In this document: in pieces, positions 34,150 through 48,300 of the stretch | How positions within the stretch are numbered: the first letter of the stretch is position 1 | Layout: each line of letters opens with the position of its first letter | DNA from: Eledone cirrhosa | Taxonomy: Eukaryota | Reading direction: 5' to 3' | Assembly (NCBI GenBank): GCA_964016885.1 | Contig: OZ024740.1 | Span: forward strand, 250,418,001 to 250,482,000 | DNA: 64,000 nucleotides | The notes under the pieces: model-generated | Seen by the model: only the letters and a program-made list of their open reading frames with translations | The model's database searches: none | What the model was told of the DNA's origin: nothing | Translations under genes and position numbers: made by a program

Positions 34150-37100
34150 TGAAATGATGGAGTAACCCTAAATATAAATTCCCAGGCGTCCATGCCATAT
34201 ACAGAAAGTATACTCCCACTCCAACAAATATCCACCCTCCTCTACCATTGATGACAAATGTCTAAACTTCCGAATTGGCACCATTAACGTGAGCACAATG
34301 AAAGGAAGAACAGGAGAGATTGTAGAGATGCCAGAGCAGAAGAAAATTGATGTATGTTGTGTACAAGAGACTAGATGGAGAGGAGAGTCAGCTAAAGTCC
34401 TTGTAGGCAAAAAACAGTGCTACAAATTTTTCTAGGTGGGAAATGACAAAGGGCTGGGGGAGTAGATATTTTATTAGCTGATAAATAGGTAGATAAGGTA
34501 ATTTCTGTGAACAGAGTGAATGTGAGAATCATTAAACTCAGACTAGTCCTAAATAAAAAAAATGGCTACAATTATATCTACATACACACCCCAATCTGGA
34601 TTGTCAGACGAACTCAAGGATAGGTTTTACAAATCACTAATGCATACAACTACCCTAACAAATGACAGTGAATTCCTAACCTTCATAGAGGACTTTAATC
34701 GACACATTGGAAAACACTGTGATGGCTTCTACAGAGTCCATTGAGGTTACAGGTCTAGTACAAGAAACAAAGAAGGTTTCAGGCTCTTAGAATTCTGCAA
34801 TGCCAATGCCCTATCGATATGTAACACAAACTGAAAAATACCCAACAACCATCTGATCACCTATAGATCTGGTGAGTATATTAGTCAGATAGATTTTATC
34901 CTTACCAGAGGATGAGATAAAGTGATAGTTGTAAAACACGAAAGCCTTCCCTGGCAAGGAATGAACCTCCCAACATAAGCTAGTAGTTAGCGACTTCATT
35001 GTCAGAGCTAGACGAACTTGGAAACATAGAGCAACCTGGAGGAGAAGGATATGGAAGTTGAAAGAGCCCTCAGCCAGTAACAGATTTAGAGATATTTTGC
35101 TCAACGTGTATGACAGTAAGGAAGAACGTATGTAGACATTTAATAGGGAACAGCATTGGGAGATCCTGAAAGATAATCTGCTGAAGGCAACAGATGAGAT
35201 TTGTGGATGGAGCAAGGCTACAGGGAGAAGGAGAGTGACTAAGTGGTGGAACAATAAGGTAAATATGACAATTAAGGCCAAGAGACAAGCATGGAAAAAA
35301 TGGAAAAATGGAGGGAGCAGGGTACACTACATAGAGGCAAGAAGGGAAGCTAGATGACAAGTATACTTTGCAAGGAAGGCATCAGAAGATGAAAAATTCA
35401 AGCAGGTTTTGCAACGTAAAGACCAGAAACATAAGGTGTTCAGGATTGCGAGGCAGAGCGTTAGAGACAATTGTGATGTCATTGGTGAGAAGTGTGTCTG
35501 TGATGATGAAGGTGCACTTGCTCTCACAGAAGCTGAAAAGAAAGTAGCATGGAAGAGCCATTATAAAAGATTACTGAATAAGGAGAATGCATGGGAGAAA
35601 GAGACCCTATCCCAAGTGGACCCAATAGAGGGCCCAGCTATACATGTCAGCTGCAGTGTAGTAAGTAAAGCAATTAAGAATACAAAGACTGGGAAAGCAG
35701 CTGGTCCATCAGGGATAGTTGCTGAGATAAAGCATCTGGGTCGGTGGGTCACACCTTAACCACTTGTATTGTAAACCAAGTAATACTAAATGGTATCATA
35801 CCAAATGGCTGGCTCATCAGCATCATTGTCAACTGCTACAAAGAGTAAAGGAGATGTACTAGATACAGGAAACTATAGAGGCATGAGGTTGATGGACCAG
35901 GTCATGAAAGTAACAGAAAGAATTGTAACACAGCTTATTAGGGACTGGGTTAGCCTAGATGAGATGCAGTTCAGTTTTGTGCTAGGTAAAAGCACCACAG
36001 ATGTTCTCTTTCTTGTGAAGCAGCTACAGGAGAAGTACCTAGCTAAAAGTAAGCCACTCAACCTGACATTTGTTGATTTGGAGAAACTATTGATAAAGTT
36101 CCCCATGACATAATCTGGGGGGGGGGGGGGGGGGGCTCTTAGAAATCTAGGAGTAGCTGAGCAGCTTATGAAGGCTGTACAAGCCATGTATAGGGGAGCA
36201 GTAGGCAAAGTTAAAATTAACAACTATAGCGAGGAATTTAGTGTGCATGTCGGTGTCCACCAGGGCTCTGTTTATTATCGTTCAACAGGTTATAACAGAA
36301 AAGTTTAAGACTGGCTGTTCATGGGAACTCCTGTATGCGGATGATCTTACACTCATAGCTGAATCCATGGTGGAACTAGTGAATAAATTCAAAACCTGGA
36401 AGCATGGTCTAGAAACAAAGGGTCTTAGAGTTAACCTGACAAAGACTAAGGTCCTAGTAAGTAGAAGAGGAAGCAGAACCCAGATCCACTCAAGGAAATG
36501 GCCTTGCTCAGTATATAGGAAAGGTGTAGGTAGAAATTCCATCCTCTGCTCCAAATGCAAACTATGTATACACAAGAGATGTAGTGGGATCTCAGGAAGT
36601 TTAACTAAAAATGTAGGCTTTACATGTAGCCATTGCACTGGAGCAGTAAGCAGCAAATGACCACAGAAAACAAGTGCTATTAAATTCTGGGAAGGTTTGC
36701 AAGACACGGTAGACAGCTTCTGTTATTTGGATGACAAAATTAGCAGTGAAGGTGGGTGTTCTGAAAGTATGGTAGCCAGAGTGAGGATGGGATGGAAGAA
36801 GTTCAGGGAGCTACTACTAGTGCTAGCTACAAAAAGCTTTTCCCTCAAAATGATAGGCAAACTGTACAACATGTGTATACGAGCAGCAATGTTGCATGGT
36901 AGTGAGACCTGGGCACTGTGTGCAGAAGACTTACAAAGATTGGAAAGAAATGAAGCTTCCAAAGCATGAACGAACTGAGAGAGAAACTAGGCATAAGGTA
37001 TGTACAGGAAAGAAGATTGCATTGGTATGGCCATGTGATGCGTATGAAGGGCGACAGCTATATAAAATGGTGTGGAGAACTCAAAGTTGATGAAAGTCAT

Positions 37101-37721
37101 GGACTGGGAAGACCAACACTTGAGATGAGTTGATAAAAGCTGACCTTGCACAATTGCACCTCTCAAAAGTAATGACACATTACTGGGATCTCTAGCGTTA
37201 TGCAGTAATACAGAAGACCCACCTTCCCATGAGTGCAGGCTGAAGCATACATATAGTATTCACCATCATTCCCTTCCCATGACCACAGGCTGAAGCATAT
37301 ATCTGGTATGCACCACCTTCATCTTCATCCCCCCTTCCATATACCTCCCACGTCCCAACACTTTGCCCTCACACACACCCATATAGCCACCTCCCTTCCA
37401 TACACCTCCCATGTCCTAACACTCTGCCCCTCATACACACCCATATACCCACCTCCCTAATCCCCACAGACCCTTCCCACCAAAGCACCCAGCCCACACT
37501 ATAAAGTGGTCATGTAGGTGTCACGACAAAATGCACTTAGTACTTACTGTAAATGAGGTTGGCATCAGGAAGGGCATCCAGATGTAGAAACCAAGCCAAA
37601 ATCAGTTCTGTATGTGCAAGACATGGTCACCTGACCTAGCATTGCCCACAACAGGACAACTCGTCTAACCTATGTTAGCATGAACAAATTAACATAAAAC
37701 GGTGATGATGATGATGATGAT
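34150..37721 (+). mobile_element. Near full-length decayed RTE LINE (family B)
   Basis: APE start (IGTINVSTMKGR, CVQETRWRG), RT fragments (LYADD), PHD-like finger, 3' UTR with 48-bp units, (gat)n tail. Confidence 0.9.
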
Positions 37722-37744
37722 ATATATATATATATATATATATA

Positions 37745-38866
37745 GGGACTAGGAAGAAGGGGCCTCAGAGTCAACCTGACAAAAATTAAGGTCCTCATAA
37801 GTAGACAGGAAAACAAAACCCAGATCCCCTCAGGGAAATGGCCTTGCTCAGTATGCAGGAAAGGTGTAGGTAGAAATTCCATCCTCTGCTCCAAATGCAA
37901 ACTATGGGTGCACAAGAGATGTAGTAGAATCTCAGGAAGTCTAGCTAAGAATGTAGGCTCTACATGTAGCAGTTGTACTGGGACAGTAAGCAGCAAACAG
38001 CCACAGGAAACAAAAACTACCAAATTCTGGGAGGGCTCTGCAGAAACAGTAGAGAGCTTCTGCTACTTAGGTGACCAAATTAGCAGCAGAGGGGGGTGTT
38101 CTGAAAGTACAGTAACCAGAGTAAGAATGGGATAGAAAAAGTTCAGGGAGCTACTACCACTTGCTAGCTGCAAAAGGCTTTTCCCTTAAAATGAAAGGCA
38201 GACTGTATGATGCATGCATACGAGCAGCAATGTTACATGGTAGGGAAGCTTACCTGCTCCAATGGATGTGTAATAGTAATATACGTGAACAGCAGGAGAG
38301 ACTTAGCATAAGAGGAATCAAATGTTGTGTGCAGGAAGGGAGATTGTGTTGGTATGGACATGTGATGCGTATGAAGGATGACAGCTATATAAAATCGTGT
38401 GGAAAACTCAAAGTTGGAAGCCTTGGTATGGGCAGACCCAAGAAGACCCGGGATGAGGTGATAAAAGCTGACCTTGTCCAATTGCACCTCTCAAAGGTGA
38501 TGACACAGGACCGTGACCTCTGGCGTCATGCAGTAATACAGAAGACCCGACTTCCCACAGGTACAAGCCGAAGCAGAAGCTTATAGACAATATGACCGCT
38601 GTAAAGTGGTCGTGTAGGTGTCACGACAAAAAGCACCCAGTCCACACTGTAAGGTGGTCGTGTAGGCACCATGGTAAAAAAAGCACCCAGTACTCACTGT
38701 AAATGAGGTTGGCGTTAGGGAGGGCTGTAGAAACCAAGCCAAAATCAGTTCTGTATGAGCAAGACTTGGTCACCTAACTTGGCAATGCCCAGAACAGGAC
38801 AACCTGTCTAACCCATGCTAACATGGAGACATCAACGTAAAATAGTGATGATGATGATGATGATGA
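37745..38866 (+). mobile_element. 5'-truncated RTE-B copy, in tandem with the previous one
   Basis: GLRVNLTK, WPCSVC, FCYLGDQI, WYGHVMRM, (gat)n tail. Confidence 0.9.
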
Positions 38867-39436
38867 TATATCATCATCATCACTGTTTTACTTTGATTTG
38901 TTCATACTATATATATACTTCAGGAACCCCTTATTGAAATCACTTTGGGATGAAACCTTTTTGATAATATATTCCAATCCAATCCAGGGCTTTTTCATTC
39001 CTGGTTGACCTCCACCACTTTCTGTTTGGTTATGGTCATGTTTTCTGGGGTGTAGCAGTACTCATCATGCTTGACCAATTGTGGGTTGGTGAGGCTATTT
39101 AACCAATAGTTGGGGTGGATGGCTTTTGACTCTGAGGAGATTATCCAGCCTTTTAACAGCTCATGTTTCTTTGTGCTGTTCCACTTACCCTCCTTACCAC
39201 TCCAGGATTTAGTGGAGGAGCCAGTTTAGTCACCAACCACTTGACCATGAAGCAGGTTGTTCTGGACTACATGGTATCAGTAACAGGCAGAAGCCTGACC
39301 TTCACTATATATAATCATATATTATATATATATATATTGATAACATATATTACATAATCAATGCATATAAACCATTACTGCATGGAAGTTATTATAATCA
39401 CTTAAAAACACACACAACCATTAATTTTACTTTATA

Positions 39437-41171
39437 CAAGGTGGTATCAGAAAGTATCCAGACTAGTTCTGTAGCATGCTAACAGATAGCAACATATGGT
39501 TGTGCACACAGTGAGAACTAGTAGCGACTTTCATGCGCCAGTGTGCCAAGTGAAATCACTGTGTCCACTTCGCATGTTGTGAAATTTGTATTTTTGTTAT
39601 CCTGTGTAGCCTGTGATTATGTCATGAACAGGAAGTTGGAACAAAAAGCCAATGTGAAATTTTGCATTCAACTTGGGAACTTTGCTACAAAGACATTGAG
39701 CATGCTTCGGCAAACTTACGGTGATGAGATAGCAGTCAACACAGTGGAAAAGCCCTTCATCTCCATGACCAAAGAAGGTATGACAGAGCATACTCATCAT
39801 TTTTTTTCCACATCCATGGTATTCTGAATCAATCGAGAGTTCTACTGCGATGTTTTGAGGTGTTTGAGGGAGGATGTTTGCTGAAAGAGGTGGAGTTTCT
39901 CACCAAAACAACATTGTATCATTTCTACATCTACCCTCTTCACCAGATTTAGCACCTGTGGACTTCCATCTTTTCTCCAAGCTGAAAATTCTGCTCAAAG
40001 GTCACCATTTTAATACCATTGCTGAGATCCAGAGCAAATTGCAGAAGGTTCTTGATTCATCATCATCATTTTACGTCCGCTTTTCCCTGCTTGCAAGGGC
40101 GGGATGGGTGGGATGGGCCCTATTCAGCACAGCATCTCTCCACTTGTCACGGTCCTTCGTCATCTCCTCCGTGAGTTTCAGTGATCTGAGGTCTGCTCTC
40201 ACCACCTCCGCCTATGTTTTTCGTGGTCTTCCTCTACTGCGTCTTCCTTCTACTGGGATTTCTTGGCACTTCTTTACCCAGCGGTAATCCTCCATACGCA
40301 TCACATGTCCATACCATCTCAGTCTTCTCTCCTGCACACCACAACTTATCCCTCTTATACCCAGTTTCTTTCTCAACTCATCTATGCTTGATCGTTCACA
40401 CACATTGACATTGCACATCCAATGGAGCATGCTTGCTTCATTTCTCTCCAGCAGTTGCATATCCTCTGCAGTTGCTGCCCATGTCTCACTACCATGCATC
40501 ATCGTGCATCTCACACAGCCATCATATAAACGTCCTTTCGTACGCAGGGAGAAACCCTTCTTTATCAACAGAGAAAGCAGCTCCCTAAACTTCTTCCAAC
40601 CCGTCCTTATTCTAGATACTTTGGCCTCAGAACACCCCCCTCCCATGCTAATCTGATCACCTGGGTACCGGAAGCTATCAACCACTTCTATAGAACCCAC
40701 CTGCATTGGAAAAATGTGTCTATCACTGCAATTACTACTGCCAACTTTCCCTGTACATCTACTGCATATGTAGTTTTCCCTACCTGTTAGTTTGCCTGCT
40801 GTCCCACTACATCTCTTGTGTACCCAAGATCTATATTTTATGGAATTTATGCCAGTTCCTTTTCTACATATCAAACATGGCCATTTCCCTGATGGAATCA
40901 GAGTATTGTCCTCTCTTCTTCTTATCAACACTTTTGTCTTAGCTATGTTCACTCTCAGTCCTCTTGATTCCAACTGCTGTTTCCATAGCCAGAATTTATT
41001 CGCTTACGGAAGATGACTTCCAGGCCAGATTCAAAAAGTAACAGGAACATCGGAACCGGTGTATTGCTGCGCAAGATGACTATTTTGAAGGAGATGATGT
41101 TTAAACTTAGGTGAATATATATTAGTGTTTTTTAAACATAACTAGTCCAGGAACATTTTGATACCACCTCA
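39437..41171 (+). mobile_element. Internally deleted Tc1/mariner element interrupted by an RTE
   Basis: TIRs aggtggtatcagaaagtatccagactag and ctagtccaggaacattttgataccacct. EQKANVKFC..LG N-terminus and SPDLAPVDFHLF motif. The frame QKVLDS|LTEDDFQA resumes across the insertion. Confidence 0.88.
40057..41001 (-). mobile_element. 5'-truncated RTE-A copy nested in the mariner
   Basis: ORF 40212-40973 is highly similar to the C-terminus of 3109-5397 and has the same tail. Confidence 0.93.
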
Positions 41172-42137
41172 CATATATAATTTATTTCTTGGTGTCAAAT
41201 TTTTTCGACCTTTCTGCGACCTGATACAGTTCCACTGTAATTGATCAGGTTACAGACAGTGCAATGAGAATTTTGACACACACACACAAAATATATCTAA
41301 AGTAAAGTTTTGTATCTTTAAATGGCTAAAATGACTTTTTCATGCAGTAATTGTTTTAGTTTCAACACACACACTCAAATCAAGTACAACTCTGAAACAC
41401 ATATAAATAAAATTATAAGTTTTCTTTTTATTTTCTACGTTGAAATTTTTCCCCTATAAGGTGAATGAACTCTGATGATTTAAAGATTTCTCAGATAAGG
41501 TAGTGGTAATTATATAAGTATTTATTACTGTAGTTATCACTTAACATAAATCATTCTGAATCAAGCAGTCATATGACCCAGTTGATTAACTAAACAAACA
41601 CTTTATAATGGTGACACATTTTGACTAATTGGTGTATTTGTCATCAACTGAGTTTCACACTGAAAGAAAATGATACATTTTTTATGGCAACATTTACCTG
41701 TCTAAATCTCTACACATTTTTTGTTTAATCCCGTTTTGCATATTTTTTGGGATACAAATTGCACCAGTGTATAAGTTTTAAAAAGTCCATCCAAAACATG
41801 GAGGCTCATCAGGTCTTGCTTATCTTGGTTTCTTCAGTGTTACAAGACTTCCCTCTGGACAGGACACCAGTCCTTCAGAAGTTTAACTTTAGGCTACTGT
41901 TGCTACTCATTTTCAGTTGTTTGAAGCAGCATGAAATGAAGTGTATTGCTCAAAAGCACAATGCAACACTCGGTCCAGGGAATTGAACCCATATTTTGAA
42001 GAAAAATATTTTAAATGAAAAATATCAATATTGATATTAAAATAAACTAAAGTATGCATGCCTATTTAAATATACAACCATACTTATATATGACTTATGT
42101 CTAGTAAATATACATACTATTATTATGGCTGGTACTA

Positions 42138-42332
42138 AGGCGGTGGATTGGCAGTGTCGGTAGAAGATCGGACGCCATGCTTTGATGCATAGAGTTACGG
42201 CCCTTGCCATTCTGTGTTCAAATCCCGCCGAGGTTAACTTTGCCTATCATCCTTATGGGGTCGATAAAATAAAGTACCAGTAATACACTGGGTAATTGCT
42301 GGCCTTGTGCCTAACGTAGAAACAATTATTAT
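42138..42332 (+). mobile_element. SINE
   Basis: ggcggtggattggcagtgtcggtag...gttcaaatcccgccgagg...aacaattatt. Confidence 0.85.
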
Positions 42333-42744
42333 ACAACACATAGTTTAATTGAGACTGTGTAAATGTGTACACTAAGTATATTGACATGTAAACATGTCAA
42401 ATTGACATGTTTTCTGTAAATTGAAAACTTATGAATATTTTTAATTGATTTGGGAATCTTATTTGAGTCTCATCAGAGAATATGCACATCAAACAATCAC
42501 AAGGAAATATGTAACGTTTTAAGATCCATAACAGACTTTCTAAGGAGGCTGCTAGTTCGAGTTATACTTCCTTTTGTTTTTTACCTCAGAAACTCTAAAA
42601 TTGCAATACAATGGCAGACTAAATTGTAAATATCTTAGTCCAGCGAAAATAGTTGGTGGAAAATATGCTATGAAGGTGTATATCATTTATTGTTTAGAGT
42701 GGAGAAAGCGTGTGGGAGGACAAGATTCTGACCTCTCTCCTCAC

Positions 42745-42814
42745 TTCATTATATAATATTGCTTCATCTAAGCAATAATAGGAAAGGAAGTTGAACAATA
42801 TTTTCAAAGTGAAT
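42745..42814 (-). CDS. Weak candidate host exon
   Basis: tatttatttctacag acceptor, GAA|gtgagg donor, open frame FTLKILFNFLSYYCLDEAILYNE. Confidence 0.25.
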
Positions 42815-43345
42815 CTGTAGAAATAAATATCATTCTTGCAATTCAGAATGGCAGATGGCTGACTGCTTGTAACATGTAAGAACTGACACAAACAGACATT
42901 ATTTAAGTCTAGCTACTTGTTTGGGTTTTGGCACTATGTTCTTGGGTATATAGTTTTACCTATTTGAATGGTGTTGGGTGAGTGAGAGTGTGTGAGAGAG
43001 AGAGGAGGATATAAAAGTGAGAAAGAAGATAGAGAAGAGGATAGAGATCATGAAGGTGAGTGATACTAACTAGAGGTAGGTAAGTTAATGGTTAGATAGG
43101 TAAGTAAATAGATTGTCACAGAATTATAGATGTATTCTTTTTTTTTTTACCAGTATACATAATATGATACGTTAAAAGTGAAAGTGTGATAAGACAGATA
43201 GGGGGGGGGGGGATAGTTAGATAGATAGGCAAAAGAGAGAGAGAGAGAAAGTGGAATTAACCATTATCTAACCAATGACATTACAACAGCACTACTAATA
43301 GATTCCATATACCACCTACAAACACACACATACATACACACTCAC

Positions 43346-43503
43346 ACATCTCTAAGTAAGAATGCCTCCTACCACCACACATACACATAGGCCACCTTAG
43401 TAAATATACCTCCTACCATCACTCACAGACCACTTCTCAGTAAGTTACCTCCTACCAACACTCAAAAACCATCTCTCAGTAAGTATACCTCCCACCACAA
43501 CCA
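43346..43503. repeat. Degenerate ~40-bp minisatellite x4
   Basis: ctcagtaagtatacctcctacca recurs four times. Confidence 0.65.
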
Positions 43504-43670
43504 TTACCACATATTAACGTTCACCCCACCTCTTAGTTTCTCAAAATAAATCATGTACATTATACAACTCCACAGACCACACCCTGTTAGTGTCATCTTT
43601 TTTCATTACTTTCATGAATCTAATTCTGGCTTTTCATATCTTAAATTATGTAATGATAGTGGTAGAGGTA

Positions 43671-43806
43671 GTATTGATGGTGAAGATGGTGGTGATAGTG
43701 ACAGTAGCAGATGGCAGTAATGGTAGTGGTAGTATTGATGGTGAAGATGGTGGTGATAGTGACAGTAGCAGATGGCAGTAATGGTAGTGGTAGTATTGAT
43801 GGTGAA
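43671..43806. repeat. 61-bp tandem repeat x2.2
   Basis: gtattgatggtgaa starts at 43671, 43732 and 43793. Confidence 0.85.
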
Positions 43807-44127
43807 AATGATGGGAGTGCTGATGGTAGCCATGATGAAGGTTGAACGAGGACTATTATCATCCTTATCATCACCATCGTAATCACCACCACAACCACCA
43901 CTATCATCATCGTTTTACATCTGTGGGCTTCAGCAACTTGTGATCAGCTCTCTCAACCTCTACCCAGATCTTTCTTGGTCTCCCTCTACTGCAGATTCAT
44001 TTCACTATATAAAAAATTGCTTTCTGGCAGAATTTCAGCCTCTGTAGATGGCTATATAGTTATTTAGTTACATGCTCTGTTGCACTCATGATTATAGGAG
44101 GAAATATGATGGAAATCTTTCTTTTTC

Positions 44128-44905
44128 AATAATAATAATGAAATTATTGTGTACAGTGCTCAGGTGCACTGCAACTCATCAAAGGTGCATGTATAGTACA
44201 TGAAATAATGTATACATGTCAGGAAAGTGAACAGTGTATGCGTCATGATATACACACAGATACACACGTGCATGCGTATGGAGGTAGAATATCAGGTGTA
44301 CTGTCAGTGAATTTCAGGAAGCATGGAGGTTTTAATGGATTCATTGTCTCAACAGCTAACAACCGATGCAGGTAGTTTGTTCCATGCTTCAGCAATTCTG
44401 AGTGTGAAAAAAGTTTCCAAAAGTCATGGGAACTGTACTGTTTTCTGACTTTGTAGGCATGCCCACATGTGTTAGACACATGGAAATCAAAAAGGTACTC
44501 AGGGTTGTTGTTGGCAATATGGTTAATAATTTCATGGGTGTTTACCAAGTCAGTTGCCAGGCGTCGGAGCTTCAATGTATCCATGCCCAGGGAAGCAAGG
44601 CGTTCAGAGTATGGTAGATGCTGTATGGAGAGTATTCGCTTGGTTGCACGTCTCTGAACAGTTTCCAGGAGGTCAATATTTTGAGCAAGAAAGGGATTCC
44701 AGACTGGTGATACAAATTCTAAGTGTGGCCGCACCATAGCTATATACAGCTTTAAATAGATAGCTGGAGAGCCACTGACAAAGGTCTTGCTGAGTGATGC
44801 TAAGACATCCTTAGCATTCTTGACAATTTTAGAGATGTGCTTTGTTCAACGCAAATCGCTGCTGACTAATGCCCATGTCACATTCACAAGAAGATTTCTT
44901 GAGAA
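44128..44905 (-). mobile_element. CR1/L2-group LINE 3' fragment
   Basis: VRPHLEF..PVWNP, LETVQRRATK, LPYSERL, LKLRRL..DL, with an (att)n tail. Confidence 0.88.
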
Positions 44906-45168
44906 ATACCATAAATATAATTTATTAAACCTGAGGAACAAAGGGCATATCTTTGGACTGAGATGACCATTTCTGTCAAAATGCCACATTTAGGGAGTTA
45001 TGTAATATCAAACAACTCTCAAAACAGCACTGTTTTCTTGGGTAGTAACAGTTTCTTAAGTAGTATAATTATATTCAGGTGAAAGACTGTAACAGAAGTG
45101 ATATGGCGTAATCTCACTACTTCATCCTACCTGTTAACTGTCTACGCTCTTTCTCTCTCTCAATAATT

Positions 45169-45208
<40 letters not shown>

Positions 45209-45349
45209 TGCAAATTTCGAACATTTTTCCATCTATAAAGGGGTCATTAACCAATTTTTTAAGCTATTTATTGCAACTAACTGTATTTACAGTTATTTCC
45301 TATATCTGAGTTTCATACATTTTCTCCCTTCCTCTCTCTCTGTCTATCT

Positions 45350-45384
<35 letters not shown>

Positions 45385-45389
45385 ATTGT

Positions 45390-48300
45390 TATCCCCCTAC
45401 AGGATAGGATGGCCATACAAGTGGTCATTGAAGGCAAAAGGCTGCATTGTTTCATTTGCAGCAAAACCATACACCTGAAAGCCTTCTGCCCCCAGCTCAA
45501 AAATACAGGGAATTGCAAACCTCCATTGCTGCCAAAACTGAGCATAAGCAACCCACCTAACAACCACCAACACCAGCACCAGCATCAAAACCAACCCAGA
45601 GGGAAAATGAGGAAAGCTCTCCCTGTCCCCCTCACAAAACAAATATACACATAAACACACAGACACACTTGCAAACACATTCCCACACCCCTCTGACACC
45701 AAGTCCCCAGACAAGAGTCCCTCCTTATCCCCAAAAACAAAAATGGAAACACAAAGAGAAAAATACATCTTCACGTGCACCTACAGAATATACACACAGC
45801 GAACACAGACACAACAAAACCAACACCACAACTGTTAAGAAAAAGACCCCCCACCAATAATACAGACAACCGCAACTCATACCCCACAAAAGGGAACATA
45901 TTTATGCATTAACAACAACAGAACAACCAACTTCATGTTACTAAGCCTTCTTAGTAAAATAAAATAAAAATCTTATGGCCCTTGTGACACAAAGTCAAGA
46001 TATTGAGAAAGAGGGGAAGAATGTTGCCACCTGCACCTTCAAAGTGCCTAAAACACTGTTGATGGTGTGGATACTAGTAAACACATATAAAAACATTAAA
46101 GAGAGCTTCCCCAATGATGTGGGGTCCACTAGTGAGAAAGCCTCAAGTTAGCTTTTAAAGTGGTTCCCTCACCAACCATGGAGGTTGAAATACTCAACAT
46201 CCTCAAGCCCCAGAGCTGTAAGTAGATCTTTCCTCCCTCTTTTAGCCTACTAACATGGCCAACTTAAGAATGGGATGTTTAAATGTTCGTAGCCTGGGGT
46301 AATCCTGGAAGCAGAGTCACTTGCTGAACAACCTCAGTTCACTAGATATGGATGTGACAGCTGTCAGCGAGACCAGGATTTCTGACATGAATGCACTAGC
46401 CCCCATTTTTGATGATTATTAGATCTTCATATTTCTTAGTTGGCTGGAAATGAGAGGTGGGATGGCAGTGCAGTTTAAGAAAGGCCTGGATCTCAAAATA
46501 AGGTCGATATACCTGGATCTGGATGGTAACTTGGTGGTCCTAGATGTGAGCAATAGCAAAGGTGGTACCTTTAGACTGGTGGCCGTCTATGCCCCAACCA
46601 GGGCTGGACGGCCGGACTTCTTTAGGCACCTGGGAGCCTTTCTGGGAACATCTTGCAATTTATTGTGAGCAGGGGACCAGAATGGCATTTTAGATACACA
46701 CTAGGATTGTTGCTGATAGGTGCGTGGGGGGAGAGGGTGCAAAAGCCTCACTTACCGGATCAGCCAGTTCCAACTGTCTGGCAGGTACCGACTAGATTTC
46801 TCTAATGTGCCAGTGTGAAACTGGACCAACTGCATAGGGTCATCTAAATCGTATATAGATAGGGTTTTTTTATGAGGTCAATAGATAAGGATATTATAGG
46901 CTGGCAACATTTTCAAATGGTCAGCTATTTAAATCACAAGTTTGTAATCTGCATAATCAACTGAGATAGCACACACAGGTTAGGACTTGGTTACTGGAAG
47001 CTGAACATGTCATTTCCAGCACGTAAAGCTTACAGGGACCGGGTCAACAATTTAGTTAAGCAAAAGTTGACAGGGAAGTTGTCAATAACAGGTGGTGGGT
47101 GGGGCTTTCAAAGGAGAGATTAGAGTAATTTCGATAGGTTTTAGCAAAGAAGTAGCGTTAGAGAAAAATAGAAACGAGGCTATTTGTAGAAGCATTGCAA
47201 CTGATGTGCTAGCAGCGAAAATGGCATGAGACCATTTCTTCAATGCGAAACATGAAGGTTGCATTGTCAGAGCTCTGGTGTGTGCTCTAAGAAACAAGGG
47301 AACAAAAGCTGTTTGATGGGCCCGCATGGTAGAGGTGCAGTGTGATAACAAAACCACAATTCGGTCCTTGACAAATGCGAACTGAACGATTCTAGCACTT
47401 TGCTCAGCTGTTTGGGGGAGCGGGGGTTCGGAGACTGTAGCAGATTTCAGTTCCTACTTTGAAGGCCTACCGCATCTCTCTCCAGCCAATGCAGAGCACT
47501 GCAAAAGGCCAATAACTTCAGCTGAGATTTGGGATGCCAGAGTCAGCTACATGATGCACAAGTCTCTTGAGGCCTGTAACTCTGTTAAACACAGATTTTA
47601 AGATTTTAGCCAAGGACGCTTGTTGTCAACGATTTGGTAAGGGAGGCGCAAATTTGCGCAATCTTGACCTGGTCCACACACGACAACCTCTACCTCATAC
47701 ATTACATAATAAAGAGGGTAGGGTGTAAACCTGGCTTTGATCAATCGAAAGCTTTTGATAGGATGGACCATTCATACATGGAAGCTGTCCTCAAGGCAAC
47801 TGACTTCGGTCCCGTCTTCAGAGGCTGGATCGCAACAAAGCACAACGACATCTGTCAGTGGTCAAAGTTAATGGCCATCTTTCAGAACTGTTTCATATCT
47901 CCTGATTGGTCCGTCAAGTGTGCTCCTTCTTCCCGCTTCTGTATGTATTGACTCTCAAGCCTTTACTGCAGAAAAGTTGCTCAGGGTTTGGTTTGGACCA
48001 GACCTCCAGGTGGATCGGAATTAGGATGAGGTTAAGATCAGGGTAGCCACTCCCACCCAGAAAGGGGCTGAGAGGAAGCTGTCCCTGAAAGGTTGGGCGG
48101 AGGTAGTGAATGCGTACATCGCATCTGTCATCTACTACCCACCTGGCTGTCATGCCTTGCCCGTGTTCGCCCCTCACCAAATTAGAACGGCTCCTCTTCA
48201 ATTTCTTGTGGAGGGGACAGGTTCCGTTGGTGAGGTGGTCCATCTACACAGAGGGTAGCATCTCCAGGTTTTCTGCTTAAATCAGTGGTTCCCAAACTTT